Source: an uncultured Planctomycetota bacterium (lineage in GTDB: Bacteria; Planctomycetota; Planctomycetia; Isosphaerales; Isosphaeraceae). From it: DNA of 64,000 bases. The stretch's first letter is position 1, and the number at the start of each line of letters is the position of its first letter. Both the position numbers and the translations under genes were made by a program. Of this stretch, positions 1 to 11,379 are shown in pieces. The DNA is taken from positions 1,824,001-1,888,000 of the forward strand of contig CAWGMQ010000010.1 in NCBI GenBank assembly GCA_963823665.1, in the 5' to 3' direction. Below the pieces are notes generated by a model. The model did no database searches. It was not told where the DNA came from and was given only the letters and a program-made list of their open reading frames with translations.

Positions 1-727
1 TCTGGGACCTGGCCACCGTCGACGCGTTTGACGTCCGGCCTGAGCCTTTCGTCAAGGTGTTGGATGCGGCGACGGGACACGAGGTCTTCTCTTGCCGATA
101 CACTGAAGGGCCGGTTGTGCGGGACGTGGCCTTCAGCCCGGACGGCAAACGGCTGGCCGCCTGCGGGAATAAGGGGATTCGGATCTGGGGCGTGGCAAAC
201 CGTGAAGCGCAGGCCACCTGGCCGTCCGAATCCCGGTTCATCGAATGCCTGGCCTTTAGCCCGGACGGCAAACGCCTGGCGGCAGGGGCGCCGAGGGGAT
301 GATGGAGCTGTGGGACACCGTGACGGGTCAGAAGGTCCAGACCTTGAGAGGGCACCTCGGACCTGTGCGGACGCTTGCCTTCGGTCCGGACGGAAAGCGC
401 CTGGCCATCGCGGGCCTTTTCGGTCAATTGCTGACCGGTGAGGTACGGATCCTGGACGCCGAGGACGCCCACGAGATCTGGTCGCTCAGGGGTCACACTC
501 TCATTGTTGGCGACGCGGTCTTCAGCCCGGACGGGCTGCGCCTGGCTACCGCGAGCGGGGACCGGACGATCCGGATCTGGGACTTCGCCACCGGCCAGGA
601 GATCCTCAAGCTGAGCGGCGACTCGACGGTCTACACAGTCCGGTTCGTAACGGGCGGCCGCCGATTGATCGGCGCATCGGCGGAAGGGACCATCCGGGTC
701 TGGGACGCCACGCCGCTGCCGGAATAG
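1..727 (+). CDS. WD40-repeat protein, C-terminal part (runs off window start; frameshift near 297)
   Basis: Repeated GH..V..VAFSPDG..LA...D.TIRIWD motifs in ORFs 57..302 and 299..727; the two frames join at a GGGG run. Confidence 0.9.
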
Positions 728-886
728 CAGCTCGTGGCCGGTGATGAGTTCGTTGGCAGCGCAGCCTCAGATTAAGGCGACGCCGCGGCTGCGGGACGCC
801 GATTCATTCCGAAACGCGCATTCGTCACAACCCTGAAATACATTAAATCCAAACGAAATAAAGACTTAGACCGATTTGGAGCCCGC

Positions 887-902
887 CGGCATCTCGTTTG
901 CT
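887..902 (+). promoter_or_regulatory. Putative sigma54 (-24/-12) promoter with an AT-rich IHF-like tract upstream (843-870)
   Basis: CGGCATCTCGTTTGCT has GG at 888-889 and GC at 900-901 (GG-N10-GC), in an intergenic region. Confidence 0.5.
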
Positions 903-1181
903 GGTGTCAGATCTTTCATGAATGCGTCGTTCTCGCGCAAGGCTGGCGTTAATCTCATGGACGAAGGAAGGGGTAATTCGATGCGACCCGGACCGATATG
1001 CGACATCGCGCCTTACTGGTCACTTCCTTTGATCTCCAGCACGGCGCGTGGGCCGAGACGGCAGGCTTGACGGACTCTGCCCGTCGATTACGATGTAATG
1101 TAACGGCTATCTGGTTCTCGTCGACAGCGAACGGGGTGAACATCCCGGGCCGGTGTGCACACCACGGACTGGATCCCGGGA

Positions 1182-2482
1182 ATGTCGTCTCTCGAGCGAC
1201 CCAAACTGCGGCCGGTGAATGCTCGCAAGGTCGAGCAGCAAGGGCAGTCGTTCGTGGTGCTGCAGGACCTGACCGGCGCGATTGCTCAGCCGGTTCTGAT
1301 TCCGATCGACGGTTTCAACCATATTATTCGCCAGTTCGACGGCCAGTCGACGCTCGTCGAGATTCAGGGGCGGGTGCTGAGGTCGACCGGGCTTTTCCTG
1401 GCGCTTAACGAGCTGCAAAGCCTGGTCAGCCGCCTGGACGCGGCCATGCTCATCGAGGGGCCGACGTTCGAGGCGTTTCACAAGTCTTTTCGCGAATCCG
1501 GGCGCCGGCCGGCCGCGATGGCTGGCCGATCGTATGCGGCAACTGCCCGGGCCTTGAGCGCCCAGCTCGAGCAGTTCTTTGTCGATTCAAACGGCGCCGG
1601 GCTTCCCGCTGCGCAGGCCGACGGCCATGCCGGGGCAACCGAGCTGCGAGCCGTGCTCTCGCCGCACATCGATTTTCAGCGCGGGGGGTCGGTCTACACC
1701 TGGGCTTATCGTGAGCTTATTGAAAAATCAAACGCGGACACGTTCGTGATCCTGGGTGTCGCCCACCAGTACTGCCGGCGGCGATTTGCCCTGACTTGCA
1801 AGGACTTCGAGACGCCGCTGGGTGTTGTTCCGACCGACCGGGCGTACGTCGACCGCATCGCCTCGCTGGCCGGCCGCGACCTGTTCGACGACGAGCTTTC
1901 GCACCGCACCGAGCATTCGATCGAGTTTCAGGTCGTCTTCCTTCAATATGTGCTCGGAGGGCGCCGCGAGTTCTCGATCGTGCCGATTCTGGTGGGCTCC
2001 TTTCACGACCTGATGGAGAAAGGCGTCGATCCCATCGCTGACGCCGACGTGAGCCGATTCGTGCAGGCACTTCGCGTCGCCGAGGCGGCCAGCGAAAAGA
2101 AAGTGGCGTATATCGGCGGGATCGACCTCTGCCATGTCGGGCCCGAGTTTGGCGATCGCGCCCGGTTGAGCCGTGGCTTCAAGAGCAGGTTCGTCAATTT
2201 GACTCGGCAATGCTTGATCGGGCGGCTGCGTGCGACCCGGGGGGCTGGTTCCGCACGGCCGCGAGCATCGGCAATCAACTGCGGGTGTGCGGTCTCGCTG
2301 CCACCTACACGATGCTGCACGCGATCGGTCCGGTCCAGGGCCGGCTGCTCAACTACAAACAGGCGATCGACGATCGCCGCACGTGCTGCGTGAGCTTCGC
2401 GAGTATGGCGTTCCACACGGCTGCTCCCGATTCACCTCCTCCGACCCTGGCCGCACCAGCAAATGTCGCAACCGAGCATTAG
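1182..2482 (+). CDS. amrB: AmmeMemoRadiSam system protein B (MEMO1 family) with N-terminal extension; 1-bp frameshift near 2157
   Basis: AGRSY, LSPHIDF, ILGVAH, FETPLG, EHSIEFQ, DLCHVGPEFGD and CG motifs; the C-terminus continues in ORF 2210..2482. Confidence 0.85.
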
Positions 2483-2521
2483 CGAGATCCCCCCCTCAGC
2501 CACTGAACCCGAGCGCCGGCC

Positions 2522-3508
2522 GTGCCCCGCGCCGCGCGGATCGCGAGCGAGGTGGCGAAATACGACGACCATGCGGAAATCGGCCACTGGGACGGACCCC
2601 GCTACCGGATGACTTACCGCAGCACCGGTGCGGGCCCTCCGCTGCTCGTCGTTCCGGGAATCGCTTCGACATATCAAATTTATGCAATCTTCTTGAATCA
2701 GCTCGCTGAACGCTTCCGGACCATCATCTATGATTATCCGGGCGAGCATCCAGGCGACGGCGCGAGGCTCAGCAGGATCTCGCACGAGAACCTGGTCGAC
2801 GACCTCCTGGGATTGATCGATCACCTGAATATCGGCCCGGTCTTTGTGGCTGGGCTGTCGTTCGGCTCGACTGTCGCGCTCAAGGCGCTTTTTCGGGAGC
2901 CCGGGCGGTTTCCGCGGGCCGCCCTGCAAGGTGCGTTCGCGTTTCGCCGTTTCTCGGCGGCCGAGCGGATTGCACTCATGTTAGGCCGTTTGGTTCCGGG
3001 CACGGTGAAGCGGCTGCCCTTTCACCAGAGTGTGCTCTCTTACAATTCCAAGCCTGAGTTCCCGGCGATTCTCGCGGACCGCTGGCCATTCTACCTCGAG
3101 CAGAACGGGGCGACGCCGATCCGCGCACTGGCGCATCGAGTGACGCTGCTCACCACACTCGACCTCCGGGCGATCCTGCCGGAGATCCGGACCGAGACGC
3201 TCTTGATCCACGGCCGCGAAGATCGAATTGTCCCTCTGTGCGACTATGACTTGCTCGCCTCTTCGCTGCCGAAGGCACACGGAATGATCGTGCCGACAGC
3301 CGGGCATATGCTTCATCTCACGCACGCGGAGCTCGAGGCGAAGATCATCGGCGACTGGTTGCTACCCTGCGCTTCGGAAGGTTGTCCGGAGGAGCATGAA
3401 GGAACAGCCGGCGGCGGATGCCCACTGCTCGCCTCCGGGGAATGCGAGGGCCGGCCGGGCTGCTTTGGTGACGCTCCCGCGCGGGTCAGTAGTAGCAGTT
3501 TCGGTTGA
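2522..3508 (+). CDS. Alpha/beta fold hydrolase (true start may be ATG 2463 if frameshifts are corrected)
   Basis: PLLVVPGI, YDYPG, nucleophile GLSFG, LIHGREDRIVP and AGH motifs. Confidence 0.88.
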   Translation: MPRAARIASEVAKYDDHAEIGHWDGPRYRMTYRSTGAGPPLLVVPGIASTYQIYAIFLNQLAERFRTIIYDYPGEHPGDGARLSRISHENLVDDLLGLIDHLNIGPVFVAGLSFGSTVALKALFREPGRFPRAALQGAFAFRRFSAAERIALMLGRLVPGTVKRLPFHQSVLSYNSKPEFPAILADRWPFYLEQNGATPIRALAHRVTLLTTLDLRAILPEIRTETLLIHGREDRIVPLCDYDLLASSLPKAHGMIVPTAGHMLHLTHAELEAKIIGDWLLPCASEGCPEEHEGTAGGGCPLLASGECEGRPGCFGDAPARVSSSSFG

Positions 3509-3873
3509 CCCACGTCGAGCGAAAGCACGTGTATGGTCCGCCGTCGCTGCTGTACCATGCGACGAACCGGCCGTCGAATGTGTCGAAGATCAGGGTGCGA
3601 ATCGAACGGGCAGGGGGCGTCGGGCGAATATGGTGCGCCGTTTCGTCCGGTAGGTCTTCCTCGAAGATGCGCGGGCTGCCCGATCCGCGCGATCATCTGA
3701 GGCTGAGTCCAGCCGATCATCCCGCCGACACGATGCCACGGGACGTTCGCGTCTCGATGCCGTGCCCACCAGGAACAGACAACAGCAGTCACGGCAACAA
3801 GCCCGATCGCTACGGAAAGCCGCATCCGCCGCGGCAGCCGGTGTATCATGCGCTCAAGGATCGGAATCTTCAT
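3486..3873 (-). CDS. Small membrane-anchored hypothetical protein, frameshift near 3665
   Basis: N-terminal TM (LSVAIGLVAVTAVVCSWW); an alternative frame continues EEDLPDE...RSTWVNRNCYY*. Confidence 0.5.
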
Positions 3874-3963
3874 GCCTGGGCTCGGGAATCAGAGCATGAA
3901 TCGGGCGTCTTCCCGTTATTCGGTCGAAAGGGCGAGTTATTGACTGGGACGGAAGTCACTCGT

Positions 3964-3993
3964 TGTAGCAGGCACACTCCGTGTGCCGTCCGC
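3964..3993 (+). repeat. GTAG-type REP (TGTAGCAGGCACACTCCGTGTGCCGTCCGC)
   Basis: GTAG followed by hairpin GGCACAC-TCC-GTGTGCC; a 29/30 identical inverted copy lies at 17536-17565. Confidence 0.8.
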
Positions 3994-4014
3994 CGAGAAC
4001 AGCGTTTGAACACA

Positions 4015-4429
4015 CTACCCTCCCGCGCCCTCCCACCGAAGCCGTCGGAACACCACCGGCTTCCCAGCAGGGCTCGTCCCTTTGAGAATGAACCAGTCGA
4101 CGTTCTCCCAGTCCGGAAGGATCTTGCCGTCCTGAGCGTGGAATTGCGCGCTTCAAGAGAAGCGTGCCGCAGGGCTCGCGCTGCGCTCCTTCTCCCCGTC
4201 GGATGGTGCTGAGAAGCGATATTCCTGGCCGTACCGGCCAGGCGGCCGATGTCTCAGAATGATCGTCGATGTCTCGGGCGTGCGGTCGTTGTGCATGTCG
4301 ATCGCGAGGACTTCATTCGCGCGACCGCGATATTGCGGGTCGCCGATTTTGCGAGTGGAGAGAACCCTTGACTCACCTCCGCATCAGCCTGGCGCAGTCG
4401 ATGGCTGCCGTGGTCTCCATCGGGTTCAT
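4015..4429 (-). pseudogene. Disrupted hypothetical gene directly downstream of DUF1501
   Basis: Protein-like reading (YRGRANEVLAIDMHND...DGKILPDWENVDWFILKGTSPAGKPVVFRRLRWEG*) interrupted by stops and frame changes. Confidence 0.35.
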
Positions 4430-4430
4430 C

Positions 4431-5741
4431 TCAACCAGCGAGCGCGTCAAGGCAGCGTCCCTCTCGGAAGATCGGAATCGGTCGCCCCGCCGACGAAGTG
4501 ACTTCGTGCCTGGGGCCGAAGCCCAGTCGCTGGAAGATCGTGGCCGCGAGGTCATCGGGGGAACACGCGTCGCGTAACGTCGCAATTCCGCGCGCATCGG
4601 TCGACCCGTAGACTGCCCCGCCCGGAAAACCGCCGCCGGCCAAAAGCACCGCCATCGTCTGGGCCCAGTGGTCGCGCCCCGCCGCGGCGTTGACCCGCGG
4701 AGTCCGCCCAAACTCACCGGCACACACGACGATGGTTTCTTCGAGCATCCCCCTCCGATGAAGGTCCCACACCAGCGCCGAGATTGCCCTGTCCAGCGGG
4801 GGCAGTAAGCGAGTTCGGAGTGTTCCGAAGTTATTGCCATGCGTGTCCCAACCGCCGTAGCCCAGGGTCACGAACCTGGCCCCGGCCTCGATGAGCCGTC
4901 GCGCGGCCAGCACGCCCTGGCCCAGCGGCGTCCGGCCATACTCGTCGCGCAGCGAATCCGGCTCCCGCGACAGGTCGAGCGCGTCGCGAACGCGGTCGGA
5001 ATGCAGGATCTCCACAGCCTGGCGATGGAAACCGTCAAGGCCCGCCGATTGCTCGGACTTTTCGAGCGCCTGCAAACCGCGGTCGAACCGATCGCGGAGC
5101 ACCTCACGGGAATCGAGATCGCGCAGCGAGAACCCCTCGGGCAGCGACACGCCGTGCGACTGGAGCGTGCCACGCACCGGGTCGCCTTCGATGTCGAACG
5201 GGCCGAACGCCGGCCCGAGGTAGCCCGGGCCCGTGACGCCGTCCTTGAGCGCCGCGAATGTCACATACGGGGGCACGCCCCGGCGCGACGGCAGCAGATT
5301 CGCGGCGAGCGCACCCGCCGAAGGGTATTCGAGCGCCGGCCCCGGCCGGTTTCCGGTGGCCATATACGTCGTTCCCGGACCGTGGGCGCTGATCGTGTGA
5401 CCGAGCGATCGAATGAGTGCGCACCGGTCCATGACCTTCGCGAGCCCTGGCATGTGCTCCGAAATAACGATGCCCGGCGCCATTGTAGAAATCGGGCGAA
5501 ACTCGCCGCGGATCTCCTCGGGAGCGTCCGGCTTCATGTCCCACATATCGATCGTCGCCGGCCCGCCCGCGAGCCAGATCTGGATCACGCCGGTGGCAGG
5601 CTTCTTGACGCCCGGAGATCCTCCGGCTTCAGCCTGTGCCCGGAGCGCATCGGCGAGTGAAAACCCGAGCAGCCCCGCCGCGCCCAGGCGAAGGACGTCG
5701 CGGCGGTGAAACCCCTCGCAGTCGGTCCGCGGTCGAGACAT
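4431..5741 (-). CDS. DUF1501 family protein with Tat-like leader
   Basis: RRDVLRLG leader; WLAGGPATIDMWDMKP, ARRLIEAGARFV, GWDTH, GEFGRTPRVN and GRDHW motifs. Confidence 0.93.
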   Translation of the reverse strand: MSRPRTDCEGFHRRDVLRLGAAGLLGFSLADALRAQAEAGGSPGVKKPATGVIQIWLAGGPATIDMWDMKPDAPEEIRGEFRPISTMAPGIVISEHMPGLAKVMDRCALIRSLGHTISAHGPGTTYMATGNRPGPALEYPSAGALAANLLPSRRGVPPYVTFAALKDGVTGPGYLGPAFGPFDIEGDPVRGTLQSHGVSLPEGFSLRDLDSREVLRDRFDRGLQALEKSEQSAGLDGFHRQAVEILHSDRVRDALDLSREPDSLRDEYGRTPLGQGVLAARRLIEAGARFVTLGYGGWDTHGNNFGTLRTRLLPPLDRAISALVWDLHRRGMLEETIVVCAGEFGRTPRVNAAAGRDHWAQTMAVLLAGGGFPGGAVYGSTDARGIATLRDACSPDDLAATIFQRLGFGPRHEVTSSAGRPIPIFREGRCLDALAG

Positions 5742-5771
5742 TGCTAGAGCTCCCACAGTTTCACGGTCGGT

Positions 5772-8183
5772 TCAATGGTTCAGCACAAACTCACGCGTAT
5801 TGATGAGCGCCCACAGCACGTCGGCAAGTGCAGAGGCCCTGTCGTGGGTTATGCGCATGTGGTCCAGGGCAAATCGTATCTCGTCCCGGGACGGGAAGCG
5901 GGAGAGAGCGGCGAGGAAGAGTTCCTCGATGGCCTGGTCGTCACAGCGGTCGGACTGCACAAGCGTCTGCACTCTGCCCGACTTCAGCCTGGCGATCAAG
6001 CCGTTGTCCGTCATCAGGAAGAGCGTCTGTGGCAATGCCGGAGCCTTGGGCCGCTCACATTCGCAGACTGACGTGCGCTCGGGTCTGCCCAGGATCCGGA
6101 AGACCCGCGCCAGCTCGGGTGAGGCAATCCGGTTGGTGGCGATCTCGATGGCCCTGGCTCCCTTGGGCGCATCACTCCCGAAGTCTCCTGGCACCCCAAG
6201 TGCGGAGTTGAGCGCATCGACGAGAACTTCGGCAATCATCGGTCTCGGCAGCGAGCGGGCGAAGCTGCCGCGGTCGTCGAGGTTTGGCTCGAGCGGTGCC
6301 GACGAGCGCTGATATGCCTCTGAGCTGAGCACGATCCGTTCGAGCCGGCGGATGTCATATCCACGCGCGATGAAATCGTCCGCGAGGGAATCAAGCAGAC
6401 GGGCATTCGACGGCGGGTTCGTGACCGAGAAGTTGTCGACCGGCTCGACGAGCCCGGCTCCGAAGTACACCGACCAGACCCGGTTGACGAAGCTGCGGGC
6501 GAAGTAGGGATTGTCGGGTTTTACCATCCAGGCGTAGAGCTGCGCACGAATGTCTGCGCCTGCGTCGCCGTCGTCGAGCTCCGGCCCGCCCAGAGCGCGC
6601 GGGGCGAGCGGCCGGCCGGTTTCGGGGTCGGTGAGGCGGCGGGGTGACTGCGCCTGGGCGTAAACCTCGCGGACGCGGGGTATCGGCGGCAGCGCTCCGT
6701 GTGGGTCGGCCTTGCGACGTGCGTCAAGAAGCGACGCGGTGGCGGCGAGCGCCTCGGGAGAGAGGCCGAACTGCACGTCGGCGACCGTGTTGGCAAAAGC
6801 CCGATAGTCTGCCTGGGTCCAACGGTCAAACGGATGCTTGTGACATTGGGCGCACTCAATGCGAACGCCAAGAAACGCGGTGGCGACACGCTCGGCCAGC
6901 GGCTCGACAGCGACGAATTCGCCGCCGGCGAGCCGCCGCCAGAACAGGTCAAGCCCCGATCGATCGGAGTAACCCGTGTCGCCGCCGGCTTTGAGCGCGA
7001 TCGAGCGCTCGACCTCGCGCCGTACCCATGTGCCGGCGTCGTCACCATCACGACTGCTGGCACAGAGAACGCCGCGCACGATCTGGTCATAAGGCGTGTT
7101 CACCAGGAACCGTTTGCGGAACCAGTCGAGCCAGAGCCGTGCCCGGCGCGATCGCAGGTCATCGGGCCCTTCCATGGCCGAGACGTCGCACCCGGTGATG
7201 TCAAGGTAGCGGGCGGCCCAGAGCGCAGCGTGCATGGGGTGTGCCAGCAGCCGGTCGATCGTCTCGGCACGCTTGTCGGACGACTGATCGGCCAGGAAGT
7301 CGCGGACCTCGCCCGGCGTCGGCAAAGCGCCGGTCACGTCGAGCGTCACGCGGCGCAGGAACTCGGCGTCACCGGAGCGGCCCGAAGGTGTGATACCCAG
7401 CGCCAGCAGCCTGGAGTAGACTTCGCGATCGACGAGCCCGTCGCCGGAGGTTTCGGGAATCGTCGCGGTGCGCCCCGTGGCGACGAGTACGCCGGCGGCG
7501 GCGACCAGACCGTTGTAGGCGGCAACGACCGCGGTGCCGCCGCTCCGGAGCCCGCGTACGGCTACCGAGCCCGCGATGTCGGCGATAGCCGTGTCGCGGA
7601 CACGAAGGTCGGCGAATGCCGTGACGTCAGCCTCGGAGCCATCGGTGAACCGCGCCATGACCGTCAGCCGGCCGATGGCGCCCGGCCGTTCGAGACGCGA
7701 CTCGGCGGGCCGGATCTCGATGGCGCGTGCTTTCGGGCGAGCCGGGTCGCGGTTGGCGCCGGCGGCGATCCAGGCGCGGATAATACGATATTCCCACGAC
7801 CCACGATCGAAACGCTGGCCGCCTGAGTGCGGAACTTCTCCCGTGGCCTTGAGCAAGACCAGGCTACGATCGGGCTCGAGCACGTTCACGCGGCGTCCCT
7901 GCGCCCGCGCACGATTGCCTCGAAGTCGTGCGCGGGATCATGGCCGAAGAGGCTCAGGTTAAGCCCGCCTCGCCCCTGAAACGATCCGTGGCACGAGCCG
8001 GCGCTGCCAGCCGAGCCGTCCCAGCAAGCTCGCCACATGACGGTCGAAATCGACCGATGGAAGCAAATCCGTTTTCGATTGCGGCGGATCGGCCTCGCCG
8101 GCCCGCGTGTGCCGGGCCGGGAGCGACGCGATGAGAGCGACAACCAGAACGATCGTCCGCACGGAGCTGCTCCTGGAGGTCAC
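5772..8183 (-). CDS. DUF1549/DUF1553 (PSD1/PSCyt) protein with Ig-like domain; frameshifts near 8010 and 7890
   Basis: C..GSCHGSFQGRGG region, EFLRRVTLD, CAQCHKHPFDRW, NPYFARSFVNRVW, CECER and WALINTREF motifs. Confidence 0.9.
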
Positions 8184-10948
8184 TTGCTGGGTTCGAGCAC
8201 CAAGGTGATCTCCTCGGATTTTCCTTCCGGAAGTGTGACCTTGCGACTTCCGGTCGTGAATCCTTCGGCCGTCGCTGTGACTTCCACTTCGCGATCGGGG
8301 AGCAGGCTCGTCGTGCGGTAACGGCCGTCGCCTTGCTCATCCTTGATCGCTTCCGGAGTGTCCGGCCCGCCGGCGAGATGCACCTGCGTCTCGCCCCCCG
8401 CGTCAAACTGCGTGTATTTCGCCGTGGCCTTGAAGCCCTTGATCTGCTTGCCGTCCTTGCTGGTGGCGTTGATCAAGATGATCGGCGCGTCATATCGAAC
8501 AATTTCGAGCCCTTTGACGTCATGGTCGAGCGTGTCGAGCTTGACGCGCCTGCCGGCGGTGAGAGATCCGTCCTTACCGATCCGGTGCCGCGCCGAGGCG
8601 TGTTCGTTCGTGCTGATGTCGAGCTCGACCTGTTCAAGCCCGTGCGGGACTTTCAGGGAAAAGCTGCCCTGCGCATCGGGCTCGGTCATGTCGTGCCAGA
8701 ATCCCCCGTCAAACCGGCCGAATACCGAGCTTTGCCAGCCCGATTTGGGCTGCCCCTTGCTGTCGACCCACCGGCCTTCGATCACCACGAATGGCGAGGC
8801 GCGGACCTCGAGCGGCGGGGGAGTTACTCCTTCGTTGATGGTGAGTTTCTTGGGTGTGAACACCGCCGGCAGCTCGCGGCGATCACGACCGGACGAACGG
8901 TCTGCCCGGCTGTCGAACGTGGTGGGCATGACGCGGTACGTTCCCGGGGGAAGGGGGTCGAAAACGAACCGGCCGCTGTCGTCGGTCTCGGCCGTACGTT
9001 TGATCGCGTCGGCGACCATCATCCGGCTGAGGGCTTCGTCGTCCGGCCCGCTGCCGCGCTCGCGTCGGGCCTCGATCAAGAGTTTTGCGATCGGTTTACC
9101 TTGAACGTCAAGGGCAACGCCGTCCACAGCCACGCCGCGTTTCACGGTGATCGTCCCGAGATCGCCGCGCTTGCCTTCGGCCAGCACGTGCAATTCGGGA
9201 GCGAAATCCTTCGGCAAGATCCAGTAGACGCCCTGGCCAGGCGTGGTGATGGGCAAACGGAATTTCCCTTCCGGGTCCGTCTTCGTTCTCGCGAACGAGC
9301 CGTATTCGAACTGCCCCTTGGAAACCTTGTCGGTCCTCGAGTACGCCAGCAATTCGACTCCCACCGCCGGCGCACCTTCGGGTGTCTCGATACGGCCTGT
9401 GATCGGCTGCGCGGGCCGAAGCTCGACAGTCTCGAAGAACGGGCGCTCGCCCAGACGTTCGTTCTTCCGGATCATGGAGAGGGCATAGCCGAACCGCGCT
9501 CGCGTCGCAAAGTCGGGGTGCTCGACGTCAAGCTCGATGTAAAGAAAGCGCTCCGAGGCCTGTTCTGGCGGAATCACAAAGGCATACGTGCCGTCGGCAG
9601 CGGTGGTGTGGCGGCTCTCTTCCAGTACTTTGTTCTCACCGGAGTGGAGCAGCGATCGGCGCACGACGACCGTGGCCGCCGCGATCGGCTTGCCGGTCTC
9701 CTTGCTCTTGACCAGTCCCTTGTAGTGCAAAGTCTCTCCCTTGGTCTTCGAGTCGCCGGGCGGCTTTGCGGGATCTTGGGCGGGCTTGGGCTCCTTCGCC
9801 GCAGGCTTGTCGTCGGGCGGCGGGGCCGCGTCCAGACGAAGACCTGACGCGGCAACCACGACGGCGACCGCGATCACGGCGGCGGTGATGCTCCAGGCCA
9901 TACGGCAGCGTTCCTCGAGCGGTTTGCGGTCCTGAACGAGCATGGTGACTCTCCTGTACAGGTTCGAGCGACGGTCGCCGATCCCCAGCGCCGGCAAGCT
10001 TGGGCCGAAGCGGTGGATTCGCGCGAGGCCGACGAGATAAGCCGCGTAATCTTCGGCCGAACCCAGCGCGGCGGCACGGGCGTCGGCGAGGTAATCCTGA
10101 CACAGGCGGAGCTGTCTCCGCAGCCACCAGAAAAGGGGCTGATAAAAGAGGATGGAAACTGCCAAAGATGTAAAACTCCACGCCCAGGAGTCGCGCCTCT
10201 CGACGTGCGACCATTCATGGGCCAGGACATATCGCAGGGCGTCACGTTCAGCCGAATCAGTAAGACTCGTTGGAACCAGGATCACCGGACAAGCAAGAGT
10301 GTAAGTGAACGGCAGGGCGATGTCGTTGCTTTCAAGGAGCCGGACCCGCTCGCCCGCAGGGCCGGCGATGGCCAGAAACACGTCACGCACCGCAGCCGGC
10401 ACCGGGCGCGCCGCGCGGGTGACCCGCCACAACAACACTTGCCCGAACAACCACCACGCCGCGAGCGCGGTCATGGCCCCCGCGTATGACGCCAGCACGA
10501 GCGTGCGCGAAGCTGGGATCGACCAGTGCGAGCCGTGGACGGCAGTGGAAGACGCCGGCGGGATCACGGCAGGCGTGGTCTTGGTCCACGGCACTCGCGT
10601 GTCGGAGGAGAGCTTCGTGGGCTCAAGCGTCTGAATCGTCCCTGCCCCGATTTCTGATTGGTGGACCGGAAGTTCGGCAGTGACTGCATGTTCCGTGCCG
10701 CTGGCCCGCAGTGGTGCCGGCGCCGGCAGAATGCCAGTCGACCAGCGAGGCACGACCGGCACGAGGGCTAGCCAGGGGACAGCCAGCGCCCCGAAAAGCG
10801 TCAGAACGATGAGCCGTGCGCGGCGCACAGGCTGCCGGCAAAGCCGGGCTGCGAGGCTACCCACGGCCAGGATGATCAGACTGCCAGCGGCTGCGCTCGC
10901 CAGCCAGCCCAGGTCGAGCATTTGTAATCCCATTGCTGTTACCCTCAC
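8180..10948 (-). CDS. BlaR1-like M56 metallopeptidase with extracytoplasmic carboxypeptidase-regulatory-like (beta-sandwich) repeats
   Basis: Several TM helices; HEWSHVERRD (HExxH); QPLFWWLRRQLRLCQDYLAD; repeated G.V....GKP.....TD..G.F units. Confidence 0.9.
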   Translation of the reverse strand: MRVTAMGLQMLDLGWLASAAAGSLIILAVGSLAARLCRQPVRRARLIVLTLFGALAVPWLALVPVVPRWSTGILPAPAPLRASGTEHAVTAELPVHQSEIGAGTIQTLEPTKLSSDTRVPWTKTTPAVIPPASSTAVHGSHWSIPASRTLVLASYAGAMTALAAWWLFGQVLLWRVTRAARPVPAAVRDVFLAIAGPAGERVRLLESNDIALPFTYTLACPVILVPTSLTDSAERDALRYVLAHEWSHVERRDSWAWSFTSLAVSILFYQPLFWWLRRQLRLCQDYLADARAAALGSAEDYAAYLVGLARIHRFGPSLPALGIGDRRSNLYRRVTMLVQDRKPLEERCRMAWSITAAVIAVAVVVAASGLRLDAAPPPDDKPAAKEPKPAQDPAKPPGDSKTKGETLHYKGLVKSKETGKPIAAATVVVRRSLLHSGENKVLEESRHTTAADGTYAFVIPPEQASERFLYIELDVEHPDFATRARFGYALSMIRKNERLGERPFFETVELRPAQPITGRIETPEGAPAVGVELLAYSRTDKVSKGQFEYGSFARTKTDPEGKFRLPITTPGQGVYWILPKDFAPELHVLAEGKRGDLGTITVKRGVAVDGVALDVQGKPIAKLLIEARRERGSGPDDEALSRMMVADAIKRTAETDDSGRFVFDPLPPGTYRVMPTTFDSRADRSSGRDRRELPAVFTPKKLTINEGVTPPPLEVRASPFVVIEGRWVDSKGQPKSGWQSSVFGRFDGGFWHDMTEPDAQGSFSLKVPHGLEQVELDISTNEHASARHRIGKDGSLTAGRRVKLDTLDHDVKGLEIVRYDAPIILINATSKDGKQIKGFKATAKYTQFDAGGETQVHLAGGPDTPEAIKDEQGDGRYRTTSLLPDREVEVTATAEGFTTGSRKVTLPEGKSEEITLVLEPSK

Positions 10949-11332
10949 TTCTTCGCATCACCTTTTGACGCTTTCCGCTTGCGGGCCGTGGCAATCAGCC
11001 GCTCGAGCGTCCGGAGCTCGTCTTCACTGACATCCTTCGCCTGCAACAGGCTGAGGACGACCTGGTCGAGCGCACCGTCGAAGACCTTGTGCAGCATGCG
11101 CGAAGTCACCCGGTCGCGCATAAGTCGGTTCGTAGACGAACGTCCGCCCCTGCGCCCGATGTCGCACCAGCCCCTTATCCTCCATGATCCGCAGCAGTGT
11201 TTGCACCGTGTTGAATGCCAGCTCGCCGTCCGGACACATTTGCTGATGGACTTCGCGCACGCTGCCGGAGCCCAATGCCCAGAGCGCCTTGAGTACGTCC
11301 AGCTCACGCGGGCTCGGTTCGTTCTCAGCCAA
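10945..11332 (-). CDS. BlaI/MecI/CopY family repressor (frameshift near 11120)
   Basis: SPRELDVLKALW, LAFNTVQTLLRIMEDKGLV, GRTFVY then KVFDGALDQVVLSLL; TTG start with GGAGG RBS. Confidence 0.9.
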
Positions 11333-11379
11333 TGCGACCTCCCCATCCGGACAGAACGGCCCGTCACCCAGGGCTTCGT

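Noticed and set aside
3956..4156. ORFs ending GRHTECACY as Cys-rich peptides (also 17277..17609)
   Set aside because: The motif is simply the translation of the REP element.
8333..9847. Long antisense ORFs (also 26912..28597, 39587..41011, 15962..17218)
   Set aside because: Shadows of real genes in high-GC DNA, with no motifs of their own.
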